Assembly: GCA_963665095.1 (NCBI GenBank)
Contig: OY762069.1
Span: 2,144,001-2,208,000, forward strand
Direction: 5' to 3'
Origin: an uncultured Desulfobacter sp.
Lineage (GTDB): Bacteria; Desulfobacterota; Desulfobacteria; Desulfobacterales; Desulfobacteraceae
Length of the DNA: 64,000 bases
The notes beneath the pieces were generated by a model. That model searched no databases. It was not told where the DNA came from and saw nothing but the letters and a program-made list of their open reading frames with translations. Numbering within the stretch: position 1 is the stretch's first letter; every line of letters starts with the position of its first letter. Of the stretch, positions 20,160 to 28,863 are shown piece after piece. The translations under genes were made by a program, and so were the position numbers.

Positions 20160-20640
20160 TTTGCTCTCCTTCTTTTTGGGGTTGTGAACATAAAATGTCT
20201 TGCCCGTATTTTTTCATACGAAGGAGCGTGGAAGCGATGTCATCTTGTAACGCACTGCCTGTAAAGTTGGCGATTAACCCTATAATGACAGGAGGTTGCG
20301 CCCGTAAGAAATCTTGTAACGCATTGTCCATGAATTGCGTTGAATCCTGTTTATTTTCAGCCTGTTGGGGCAATATCGAGTCTTGTAACGTATCTGGGCT
20401 TTTGGTCTTCTTCCAATATCCGGGATTCTTCTTTCTCCATTCCTGAACACGTTCAACATGGGCAGGCCCACAAAAGTAGTTTCGATTTTCAGGCTTGTTC
20501 AGCCATTTTTTCTGGCTGCACCTTTTGCTGGCTTTTCTGCACTCAGATCTGGAACAGTATTTTTGAGAGTCTATATTTCTTGGATTAGGAGCGAATAATC
20601 TTCTACAATTTCGGCACCTTCTTTTCTTGAGTAGTCCCAT
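20074..20640 (-). CDS. IS-borne accessory protein with Cys4 zinc-finger-like N-terminus
   Basis: 188 aa; CRNC...QKYCSRSEC, RVQEWRKKNPGYW and three LQD repeats; RBS GGAGG; first gene inside the right IR. Confidence 0.75.
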   Translation of the reverse strand: MGLLKKRRCRNCRRLFAPNPRNIDSQKYCSRSECRKASKRCSQKKWLNKPENRNYFCGPAHVERVQEWRKKNPGYWKKTKSPDTLQDSILPQQAENKQDSTQFMDNALQDFLRAQPPVIIGLIANFTGSALQDDIASTLLRMKKYGQDILCSQPQKEGEQNDCKGPHFTIQGSKNTPKLQLDRSSPGA

Positions 20641-21076
20641 CTACATATTGCCTCCGATTCAAATCAGACATGAATAAGATCAGTATGTACGGAAAAAAGC
20701 AGAGGGCAAAGAAAGGAAAAAAATGAAGAAGACGAAATTTTTAAATTTGATTTTTAAGAGAAGAAAAACCAGCTAAGAACATACATTTTCAAACCGGGGA
20801 TTTGGCTGCATTTTCAAGACGGCCCTGACAATCAAGGGAGGGATTACAGCCAGGCGACGCCCTTGAAGAGACCCAAGGCGTAATTGGGTCCATTTCCAAG
20901 TACCATGGCGGGAGGGCATTGTACTTCCCACAAAATGACAAGCTAAAAATTGCCATTCGGGACCAGGCAGTTATCAAGGCTTTTAACGGACAAAATCATC
21001 TTGAACTATCATTGAAAACCAAGCTTACAACCGCGCAAATCTATAGCATCATTAAAAAGAAATCTCACACCGACTA

Positions 21077-21421
21077 TCACAAAAATACTTTGTAGTTAAC
21101 CTTCAGGGCCTTACCAAGGATCTGGGCGCGTTTCTTACCAATGGTACGCTTATGGTTTTCCATTTCGGAAATATGGGCCTGTGAAATGCCGGTTAATGCA
21201 GAAAGCTGCTTTTGGGTGACGCCCTCTTTGGTTCTGGCCCCCAGGAGCGCAACACCGGGCAAGTCGTACTCTTTAAATTCTTCAAACAATTCGTCTGCCG
21301 GGATTAATTCGGACACATCGGCAAAGCCAAGGGATTGAAGGGCATTAATTGCCTTTTCCCTGTTCTCCGGCGGCCCGATAAATCTTAATTCAATAGGGGG
21401 CTTTTTCGTGTGTTCCAACAT
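21077..21421 (-). CDS. XRE-family HTH antitoxin (HigA-like)
   Basis: ARTKEGVTQKQLSALTGISQAHISEMENHKRTIG; downstream of and overlapping a RelE-like gene. Confidence 0.85.
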   Translation of the reverse strand: MLEHTKKPPIELRFIGPPENREKAINALQSLGFADVSELIPADELFEEFKEYDLPGVALLGARTKEGVTQKQLSALTGISQAHISEMENHKRTIGKKRAQILGKALKVNYKVFL

Positions 21422-21668
21422 ATTTAATCTCCACAATTCGTATTTCTTTATCAATTACTTCCCATACTGCTACATAGGTGGGTTGTCCTTTTTTCAGGTG
21501 ACAGTGGTGCCGGTCCTTACCAAGGAGACTGTAGTTTGACCAGTTGCCACGGACAGGCCCGGTATCTTTGATTTCAGCAATCAAAACATACAAAGCAGCT
21601 TTAATCCTTTGCGGCAGTTTCATAGCCTGTTTTTTAACCTTTTTATTTGTAGTAACAACCCATGCCAT
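21390..21668 (-). CDS. RelE/HigB-like toxin
   Basis: 92 aa basic protein; HHCHLKKGQPTYVAVWEV...IKYVGTHEKAPY; toxin-before-antitoxin order. Confidence 0.82.
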   Translation of the reverse strand: MAWVVTTNKKVKKQAMKLPQRIKAALYVLIAEIKDTGPVRGNWSNYSLLGKDRHHCHLKKGQPTYVAVWEVIDKEIRIVEIKYVGTHEKAPY

Positions 21669-21677
21669 GTTTATAAA

Positions 21678-21704
21678 ATATACCCTTAAAAGGGATATTG
21701 TCAA
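21678..21704 (-). promoter_or_regulatory. TA operon promoter with palindromic operator
   Basis: Minus-strand TTGACA -35 (21699-21704) followed by the palindrome ATATCCCTT-TT-AAGGGTATAT in the spacer/-10 region. Confidence 0.7.
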
Positions 21705-21971
21705 GATAACTGAAAAAGCCGTTGATTAGAATCTGTCTGGAGAATAGGATAAATAAAGGGACGGGGATATGTAAGGAAGGTGACGCTTCGCCATGCCACT
21801 TTGCCCGGGCCGCGCCTGCCACCGGAGCCGGTCAATCCATACCTTGGAACGTGATTTGTGAAGGAGGGCCACCTCATCGTGCCACATTTCACGGGCAAAA
21901 TCGTGAGCCGATTTTGTTTGTCCTGCTTTTATTGTTTATCCCTTAGGGGAAACGCACAGCCAGAATAAAGT

Positions 21972-22778
21972 TTATTGATGCGCCGCTAAATACTTTTCTA
22001 TTTCTTGGGCGGGATATGAAGGATAGCCCCGCTCTTGTCTTAATTCCAGGACGTAATCTTCAAACGTCTCCCCATCTTTCCCCTCATGCCAGTCTGCAGA
22101 CACTTGGAGCCATCCCCTTTCAAAAGTTTTACTGTCTCCAAAGAAATCCCGCATCTGTTCATACAGTCTTTGAACAAATTCAGCACCATTTATGAGGACG
22201 TCTACGTTCATCTGTTCATCCCCGCGGGAAAGTTCGAGAATAAGCCTGATATTGCCGTCTGTTTTACAGTAAATGGCAATATCAACATAAGATCGTTCTT
22301 CATCAACAGTGACTCGAATATCACGACCGTTCACCACTGCAAGCATGAGGTTATGATAATCACCAAGAGGGTCATATACATTGCTTGATGTTATCCAATA
22401 TTCCTTTCCACTAATAACGAATCCAATGTCCCACCAGCCGTGCTCCGGAGGATCTGAAATAATATCAAAACTATCCGCCACAGGCGGTTGTTTGTCCGGT
22501 TCTATATAGCTCTCTCCTGGAGCCCTCCAGCAATCACCCAAGGAATCGAACTGCCATCCGTGTCCCGTAATTATCGAATTTACGAAAGTGATACGCTCTA
22601 TTTCTGTGATTGTTTCCCGGTCATCCAAGATGGTAAGAAGTTCCGTGAATTCAATGCCCTTCAATCCCTGCTTTTCAAGATGGGCAATAATCTTGGCCTT
22701 TGTGACTGGAGGGTTATAGATTTGCCATCCATCTTTCCCGGTGATACGCACCGCATATATTGACTTTTCCTGTCCCAC
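21972..22778 (-). CDS. Hypothetical acidic cargo protein
   Basis: 268-aa ORF downstream of the repressor; no family recognised. Confidence 0.7.
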   Translation of the reverse strand: MGQEKSIYAVRITGKDGWQIYNPPVTKAKIIAHLEKQGLKGIEFTELLTILDDRETITEIERITFVNSIITGHGWQFDSLGDCWRAPGESYIEPDKQPPVADSFDIISDPPEHGWWDIGFVISGKEYWITSSNVYDPLGDYHNLMLAVVNGRDIRVTVDEERSYVDIAIYCKTDGNIRLILELSRGDEQMNVDVLINGAEFVQRLYEQMRDFFGDSKTFERGWLQVSADWHEGKDGETFEDYVLELRQERGYPSYPAQEIEKYLAAHQ

Positions 22779-22796
22779 TTAAGCCTTTCCTATTAT

Positions 22797-22979
22797 TTAC
22801 CCGCCACCACCAAACAACAGCAGGGCGATGAGCGCTATAAATATAGCCTTGAGCATTGGCTGTTCGTCTTGTGATATGGCCTTTATGGATTGATGGATGG
22901 AGCCCATCACAACAATCAGGGCGCCGATAAGAAAAAGGCATAAAAGGCATAGTGAAAAAATGATCAGAAATGTCTCCAT
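22797..22979 (-). CDS. Small membrane protein (two TM segments)
   Basis: 60 aa with two hydrophobic stretches; co-oriented with the repressor. Confidence 0.6.
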   Translation of the reverse strand: METFLIIFSLCLLCLFLIGALIVVMGSIHQSIKAISQDEQPMLKAIFIALIALLLFGGGG

Positions 22980-23006
22980 ATCGCCTTCTGAGTCTTTGTT
23001 ATTGGG

Positions 23007-23507
23007 TCATTTCGGTGTTTTCTCTATTGTATCAAACAAATGTTTCAGTTCTTTTTCAAGCGGGGCAATGCTATCCATACAACTCTCATAAGCATTCAGC
23101 AGCTTTTTGTACTTGGGATGGGAATAAGAAAGAGGGAATTCAATTGTGTATCCTTCTCGTTGTTCGGCAAAAGCATTGTTCTTAACAGATACGAGTTGTC
23201 CTCTGTAGTAGTCGAAAAGACCTGTAAACTTATCATAGAGCATATCTAAACGATGACTCGTTTCTTCCTGTGTTTTTACATATTCAGGAAAATCAGAATC
23301 GTATGAATTTCCCTCCCCGGTCCGTAACCAATTCTCATTTATCTCGAACTTTGCACAAATGAGTTTGATCAATTGTTCAGATGGCTTAACCGCCCCCGTT
23401 TCGATATTAGAAATATGACTCCGGCTGACACCTAATACGCTTGAAAAGGTCAATTGAGAGAACTCTACACCTTTTCTAATTTTTTTAATTCTATCAGATA
23501 GTTGCAT
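23007..23507 (-). CDS. CI-like XRE repressor
   Basis: RIKKIRK...SQLTFSSVLGVSRSHISNIETG...INENWLRTGEG; divergent from a Cro-like gene. Confidence 0.9.
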   Translation of the reverse strand: MQLSDRIKKIRKGVEFSQLTFSSVLGVSRSHISNIETGAVKPSEQLIKLICAKFEINENWLRTGEGNSYDSDFPEYVKTQEETSHRLDMLYDKFTGLFDYYRGQLVSVKNNAFAEQREGYTIEFPLSYSHPKYKKLLNAYESCMDSIAPLEKELKHLFDTIEKTPK

Positions 23508-23537
23508 AATCGACCTGACAAGATAATGATTAAATAA

Positions 23538-23618
23538 TGGCTTTCACAAACATTTTAACTTGACGAATGCCAGACAAATGTTTTACACAAACACTATAAC
23601 TTGTGTTTGTCACAAACA
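23538..23618. promoter_or_regulatory. Three operator sites in the divergent switch region
   Basis: TGGCTTT-C-ACAAACA (23538-23552), TGTTTTA-C-ACAAACA (23579-23593) and the perfect palindrome TGTTTGT-C-ACAAACA (23604-23618). Confidence 0.78.
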
Positions 23619-23651
23619 TTTATGATTTACCGCAAAACAAAGGAAATTGCA

Positions 23652-23873
23652 ATGATTAAGAATGTAGAAGTCAGAAAGGCCCTATTAGATAAAGGACTTC
23701 AAATCAAGGAGGTCGCAGAAGAGCTTGGATATACCATTAGCCATGTAAGTGGCGTTATTAATGGTCGTTTTGATTCACCGAAGGTTAAAAAAAGTATTGC
23801 CCTGCTTCTTGGCAAAGACTTTGATTCCCTTTGGTCCACAGAACCCACCGGACAGACCGAAACCCCAGCATAA
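23652..23873 (+). CDS. Cro/Ner-like HTH protein
   Basis: 73 aa, GLQIKEVAEELGYTISHVSGVING...IALLLGKDFDSLW. Confidence 0.85.
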   Translation: MIKNVEVRKALLDKGLQIKEVAEELGYTISHVSGVINGRFDSPKVKKSIALLLGKDFDSLWSTEPTGQTETPA

Positions 23874-23889
23874 AAAAGGAGGCACCACC

Positions 23890-24498
23890 ATGAATGAAGC
23901 AATGATGAACCCGGCCATTGATTATGTAATTTTTGACAACGATCAGCTTTCTTTGATCCAGGAAGGCAATGAACAATTTGTGCCTGTGAAGCCCATTTGT
24001 ACAGCCTTGGGGCTTGATTGGAGGGCACAGCGCGAATTGATTGATAGAGATATTGTTTTGTCCTCAACTAGGCGTGCTATACAGGTAGTTGCCCAGGACG
24101 GAAAGCTCCGGGAAATGATCTGCCTGCCCCTGGAATACCTCAATGGCTGGCTCTTCAAAATCAATCCAGGCAGGTATGAAGGAGAACGCCTGGAAAAGAT
24201 CGTCAGATATCAGAAGGAATGCTACCAGGTGCTTTACCAGCATTTCTTTCCCCACTCCCGGGAACAAACCGGCCACTTGAAAAACAGGGTGTCTGCCAAC
24301 CGCCTTGAGCTAAATTACCTGAAATCCACCCTGGCCATGGAGAAAGAAGCTGAAAAAGAGGCGGAACGTATTTTCAAAGGGAAGCGAACCCTTCAGGATC
24401 TGGATCTTTGCCCAGGACTTAAGGCGCGGGTCAAGGTTGCCCTGGCCAAGCTGAACAGTAACTGTCTGTTCCCCCGTGATCCGGATCAGGCCGCATAA
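23890..24498 (+). CDS. Phage antirepressor with P22 Ant N-terminal domain
   Basis: FVPVKPICTALGLDWRAQ...DGKLREMICLPLEYLNGWLFKINP...YQKECYQVLYQHF; RBS AAGGAGG. Confidence 0.9.
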   Translation: MNEAMMNPAIDYVIFDNDQLSLIQEGNEQFVPVKPICTALGLDWRAQRELIDRDIVLSSTRRAIQVVAQDGKLREMICLPLEYLNGWLFKINPGRYEGERLEKIVRYQKECYQVLYQHFFPHSREQTGHLKNRVSANRLELNYLKSTLAMEKEAEKEAERIFKGKRTLQDLDLCPGLKARVKVALAKLNSNCLFPRDPDQAA

Positions 24499-24724
24499 AG
24501 AAAGGAGGTTCCACCATGGGTATGATTGCCAGCAGGCCGGGCGTTATCCCGGTGAGGTTTAAGCGTCTAAAAAGGTTTGTTCAATATTTTATTGACAGGC
24601 TCAGTTGCGCATGTAAAAGTAAGGGTGTTGCGGCAAATTCCGCAACCCGGTTTGACAGCCGGAATCCCCAAAGGCATACAACGCCTTTTCTTTCATGCAC
24701 GGCGTTTTTTCATTTGTGCATATT

Positions 24725-24796
24725 GCGGGCTGTATGCGGAGGCCTTGAGCCTGCCGGTAACCTTTGGGGCCGGTCTGTCAACCGCATATGGCCCGC
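24725..24796 (+). ncRNA. C4/CI-type antisense immunity RNA
   Basis: Closing stem GCGGGCTGTATGCGG/CCGCATATGGCCCGC with two internal hairpins. Its exposed CCTTTGGGG and CTGTCAA are complementary to an upstream target (24652-24674) and a downstream target (24805-24847). Confidence 0.8.
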
Positions 24797-24857
24797 TTTT
24801 TTGTTTGACAGCATCAAAGCGGATTCTTTTAAAAATTTACCCAAAGGAGAATCCATC

Positions 24858-24971
24858 ATGGAACACTTGACGTGTATCCGCACCGCCACCGGTGCATTCA
24901 GCTTTTCCCGCCCTGGCCTTTCCCGGCCATCTTCAACATCCATCCAAAAATTTAAGGAGGTGAGTATATGA
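24858..24971 (+). CDS. Short icd/kil-like leader ORF (also the end of a longer ash-like ORF from 24516)
   Basis: RBS AAGGAG lies inside the downstream antisense target; the stop overlaps the ATG of the next gene (ATGA). Confidence 0.55.
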   Translation: MEHLTCIRTATGAFSFSRPGLSRPSSTSIQKFKEVSI

Positions 24972-25900
24972 ACACCCAAGCTGCAACCCATGTTCCGATA
25001 CCGGCTTTCCCTAGGGGAACCATCAATATTGAAGGCCATGACCTGCCCATGGTTCTTTATAAGGATCAACCGGTTCTTACCTTCAAAATGATGGACCAGG
25101 TTCATGAACGGCCGGATGGAACAGCAAGCAGAAATTTTCGTCAAAATAGGGACCGCTTTATTGAAAATGAAGATTATTTCAATGTGCCCTATGAAGAACA
25201 TAAAAACTTGGTAGCCCGACGAAATTCGTCGGGCTACCCCGGCACCGGCCAAGGCAATCCCATTATCTTTTTAACCGGTATGGGATACATGATGTTGGTA
25301 AAATCCTTCACAGATGATCGGGCCTGGAAAGTCCAACGCGCCCTGGTCAACACCTACTTCCAAACCCGCCAAGCCAGAACCACCACAGGCAAGGCCAAAG
25401 CCATGAAAGCAGAGCTGGCCAACCTGAAAACCCACAAGGCAGCCAGGAAACAGGCCCAGGAAGAGGCCCGGCTGATTTATAACGGCCAGGGCACTCTGGA
25501 TGATCTTGCCCCATGGCCCATCCTCCAGGACATGACCCATCAGGCCCTGGATGCCTACAAACAGAATCCCACAGTTCAGAAGGATGGCGTTGTTTTCAGG
25601 CTGGATCAACTTGTAACAGCCTACCTTGCCCACCGGTTCCAGAATGCACCGGCACCACCGGTCATCAAATTCACGGTCTGTAGGGACGATGCCGACCGGA
25701 TCCGGGTCGTTGAATTCCTGGCCAGGTGCCGGGACCTGATCACGGCCTTTGACTGGCTCCAGTGAGAATGATCACAAAAAATCATGGAAAAATTAAAGAT
25801 AATTTGCAAGATATGCCAGGGATGAGGCAGAAGCTCCCCCGTTTATCTCGCAAATAATCAATGGAACTTCTGCCCCTATTACCCTAACAGGGCAGGAGAT

Positions 25901-26476
25901 ATGCTATCAGAACTTATTAAAAACAAAAATCTTTTTTTCCATCTTTACGAAATCGATAAAAATACAGCAAAACAGTACAGACAGTTGCCTTGTCCGCATT
26001 GTGGAGGCCCCTTATATTTCAGCAATTACATGCGCAAGCCCCGGGGAGAGCCTGAGGGCGTGCCGGAGGAATTCTTTATTCAGTTCAGCCTATGTTGTGG
26101 AACCGAAGGGTGTCGCAAAAGATTGATGCCGCCGTCCTGCCGTTTTCTGGGGAGAAAAGTCTACTGGTTTGCAGTTATTCTGTGTGTTTTAACAGACTGG
26201 CAAAATACCAATGAAAAAATCACCGTTTATGATTTGTCCATACGAACTGGCATTAGCCGGAACACAATAAACCGCTGGCTTGCCTTTTTTCAGGATACAT
26301 TTCCAGTGAGCCGAACCTGGCGAAGGCTTCGGGGGCAGATATCCGCTGGTGTCAGTAACAGCCGTCTGCCGTCAAGTTTCATCAATTATTGCCGGGCGGT
26401 GAAATCCAACGCCGAAAACGCACTTGTATCAAGCCTGATAATCTTATCAGGCGGGTCCAAAATCAGGGCCGGATAA
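25901..26476 (+). CDS. Transposon accessory protein, zinc-ribbon plus HTH
   Basis: CPHCGG...FSLCC...GCRKR and LSIRTGISRNTINRW. Confidence 0.75.
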   Translation: MLSELIKNKNLFFHLYEIDKNTAKQYRQLPCPHCGGPLYFSNYMRKPRGEPEGVPEEFFIQFSLCCGTEGCRKRLMPPSCRFLGRKVYWFAVILCVLTDWQNTNEKITVYDLSIRTGISRNTINRWLAFFQDTFPVSRTWRRLRGQISAGVSNSRLPSSFINYCRAVKSNAENALVSSLIILSGGSKIRAG

Positions 26477-26582
26477 TCTCGCGCAGAGGATGAACATAGA
26501 CAAATATATGCAGGCTGTTTTACCACCTGATTTCAGACGTTGATCCGAAATTTTAACCTGAAATTAAAAAGGAGCCTGATTT

Positions 26583-28028
26583 ATGAGTGGTAAAACACAG
26601 CACCCGGCAGACCTGTGGGCATTATTTCGCTTTTCGGTTATCGGCGGTTTACTGGCACGCCCTCCGGCAAAGGGAGAGTTGCAAAATGAACTGACCCGGC
26701 TCGCAGGTCAAATCTATTCTCATCCTGTGACGAACAAACCGACCTGTTTTCATTTTTCCACAATTGAGGCCTGGTATTACAGGGCAAAAAATTGCCAGGA
26801 CCCAATTCTGGCTCTGGGCCGTAAAGTTCGTTCAGATATGGGCAAATCCACAGCATTGAATGCTGAATTGATCCGCCTTCTTGGTGTCCAGTACAACACT
26901 TATCCGCAATGGAGCTATCAGCTTCATTGCGACAACCTGGCAGCTGAAATCGCTGAACAGGGCCTGTGTGAGAATCCGCCGTCCTATGCAAGTGTGAGAA
27001 GGCGTATGGTTGAACGGGGTTGGAGAAAAAAGGCTTCCAAGAACAAAAATCAAACATCCGGACAGAAATCAGCTTTTAAGCGATTAGAAACGTATGAAGT
27101 CCGTAGTTATGAAACCGAAAACATCCATGAATTATGGCATCTGGACTTTCACGAATGCAGCAGGCGCGTGGTGGACGAAAAAGGTCAGTGGCATACGCCC
27201 AAGGCATTGTGCATTCTTGATGATCGCTCCCGTCTGTGTTGTCATATTCAATGGTATTTGAATGAAACGGCAGAGGTTTTGATCCACGGCTTGTCCCAGG
27301 CGTTTTACAAAAGAGGGCTTCCCAGAGCCTTGATGACAGATAATGGTTCTGCCATGATTGCTCATGAAACCGGCAACGGACTTAAACGATTGGGCGTCAG
27401 TCATGAGACCACGTTGCCATACTCGCCCTATCAAAATGGGAAGCAGGAAGCCTTTTGGGGTACACTTGAAGGCCGTTTGATCGCCATGCTGAGCCGGATG
27501 GATTCTTTGACCCTGGTATATTTAAATCAGGTCTCCCAGGCCTGGATCGAGATGGAATACAACAAGTCAACCCATGATGAAATTCATATGTCGCCATTGC
27601 AATGCGCCCTTGACGGCAAGGATGTGTCACGTCCTGCACCGGAACCTGAACAGCTTCAATTTTCGTTTACAGCCTGTGAATCCAGAAAACAGCGTCTGTC
27701 CGATGGTACCATCTCTTTGATGGGCATCCGGTTTGAAATCCCTTCACGGTTTAATCATATCCAGCGTCTTCATGTCTGTTTTTGCTCCTGGGATAAATCG
27801 GTTGCCTGGCTGATAGATAAACGAACCGGAAATAAGCTTGCCGCAATTTATCCCCAGGACAAGACAAAGAATGCTTCAGCAATCCGTCGTATCAAATCCA
27901 CTCCGGATGAAATTAACCCTGGCCATGAAACCCTGTCCGGATCAGAACCGGCCCTGCTTAAAAAGCTCTTGTCCGATTATGCAGCAACCGGAATGCCTTG
28001 TGCCTACTTGCCAATGGAGGAAAAGTGA
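26583..28028 (+). CDS. DDE integrase/transposase (rve, Mu-like C-terminus)
   Basis: LWHLDF, ILDDRSR, LMTDNGSAM and PYQNGKQE. Confidence 0.93.
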   Translation: MSGKTQHPADLWALFRFSVIGGLLARPPAKGELQNELTRLAGQIYSHPVTNKPTCFHFSTIEAWYYRAKNCQDPILALGRKVRSDMGKSTALNAELIRLLGVQYNTYPQWSYQLHCDNLAAEIAEQGLCENPPSYASVRRRMVERGWRKKASKNKNQTSGQKSAFKRLETYEVRSYETENIHELWHLDFHECSRRVVDEKGQWHTPKALCILDDRSRLCCHIQWYLNETAEVLIHGLSQAFYKRGLPRALMTDNGSAMIAHETGNGLKRLGVSHETTLPYSPYQNGKQEAFWGTLEGRLIAMLSRMDSLTLVYLNQVSQAWIEMEYNKSTHDEIHMSPLQCALDGKDVSRPAPEPEQLQFSFTACESRKQRLSDGTISLMGIRFEIPSRFNHIQRLHVCFCSWDKSVAWLIDKRTGNKLAAIYPQDKTKNASAIRRIKSTPDEINPGHETLSGSEPALLKKLLSDYAATGMPCAYLPMEEK

Positions 28029-28852
28029 TGAACAGCAAACGATTATTGGCTTATTATGGATTGAAGTACAATCCTTTTTTACCAAATATTCCTGTGGACT
28101 CATTATGGCATCCACCCCGGATGGAGGCATTTATTACACGCCTTGAAAATATGACCATGAACGGTGGATTTGCATTAATCGCCGGTGAACCCGGTCTTGG
28201 CAAATCCAAGACACTACAGGCGATTGCCCATCAGCTTGGCAAGCTTGATGAAGTCGTTGTCGGCGTTATGGAGCGCCCCCAAAGCAGCGTGGCCGATTTC
28301 TATCGGGAAATGGGGACACTGTTTGGTGTCAATTTGAGTCCGGCCAACCGTTACGGAGGGTTCAAAGATCTGCGGCAACGATGGAAAAATCATATTAAAA
28401 CAACCCTGTTCAGACCCGTCCTGCTCATTGATGAGGCTCAGGAAATGCTTACCGGATGCCTGAATGAGCTTCGGTTGCTCAACAGTATGGATTTTGACTC
28501 CCAGAATTTATTGACCACCATTATCTGTGGTGATACCCGGCTGCCGGAACGGTTCAGAACCAGTGCATTGGTAGCCCTGGGGAGTCGACTCCGGTTCCGG
28601 TTAAAATTGGATCCTTATACCCGGGAAGAATTGTTGGATTATATAGCGCATTGCCTAAATCAGGCCGGAGCTCCTCAACTCATGACAAAACCTTTAATCA
28701 CCGCTTTGGTAGAGCACTGTACAGGAAACTTACGGGTCCTCAATAATATGTCGGCAGAACTGCTTGAAGTGGGCGTTCAAAGAGAGCTGCCGCAACTGGA
28801 TGAGAAACTTTTCATAGAGCTTTTTTCACTGAAACCGTCGCCAACCAGATAA
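28028..28852 (+). CDS. ExeA-like AAA+ ATPase (transposition helper)
   Basis: YGLKYNPF, GEPGLGKS, LLIDEAQEM and GNLRVLNNM. Confidence 0.9.
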   Translation: MNSKRLLAYYGLKYNPFLPNIPVDSLWHPPRMEAFITRLENMTMNGGFALIAGEPGLGKSKTLQAIAHQLGKLDEVVVGVMERPQSSVADFYREMGTLFGVNLSPANRYGGFKDLRQRWKNHIKTTLFRPVLLIDEAQEMLTGCLNELRLLNSMDFDSQNLLTTIICGDTRLPERFRTSALVALGSRLRFRLKLDPYTREELLDYIAHCLNQAGAPQLMTKPLITALVEHCTGNLRVLNNMSAELLEVGVQRELPQLDEKLFIELFSLKPSPTR

Positions 28853-28863
28853 GAGGTATAAAA

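Larger units (their letters stand above)
17479..20830 (-). mobile_element. IS21-family element with two accessory ORFs (3352 bp)
   Basis: Imperfect terminal IRs begin TGTCAGG and share CCCGGTTT[A/G]AAAATGTA; 6-bp TSD ATCAAG at 17473-17478 and 20831-20836; contains istA and istB. Confidence 0.95.
17069..21095 (+). pseudogene. Tandem double-Mor-domain regulator, split by the IS21-like insertion (coding parts 17069-17478 and 20837-21095)
   Basis: Removing the IS and one TSD restores the frame: ...FRFYESREGLQPGDALEETQGVIGSISKYHGGRALYFPQNDKLKIAIRDQAVIKAFNGQNHLELSLKTKLTTAQIYSII...TL*. Confidence 0.88.

Noticed and set aside
13563..21858. Diversity-generating retroelement TR/VR pair suggested by the duplicated segments
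   Set aside because: No reverse transcriptase in the window, substitutions are not adenine-specific, and the copy has large deletions.
21760..21935. Protein-like minus-strand frame (AHDFAREMWHDEVALLHKSRSKVWIDRLRWQ)
   Set aside because: No convincing start or family; at most a gene remnant.
27998..28852. Type II secretion ExeA/GspA gene
   Set aside because: It lies inside transposon ends and is coupled to a DDE transposase, so it is a transposition ATPase.
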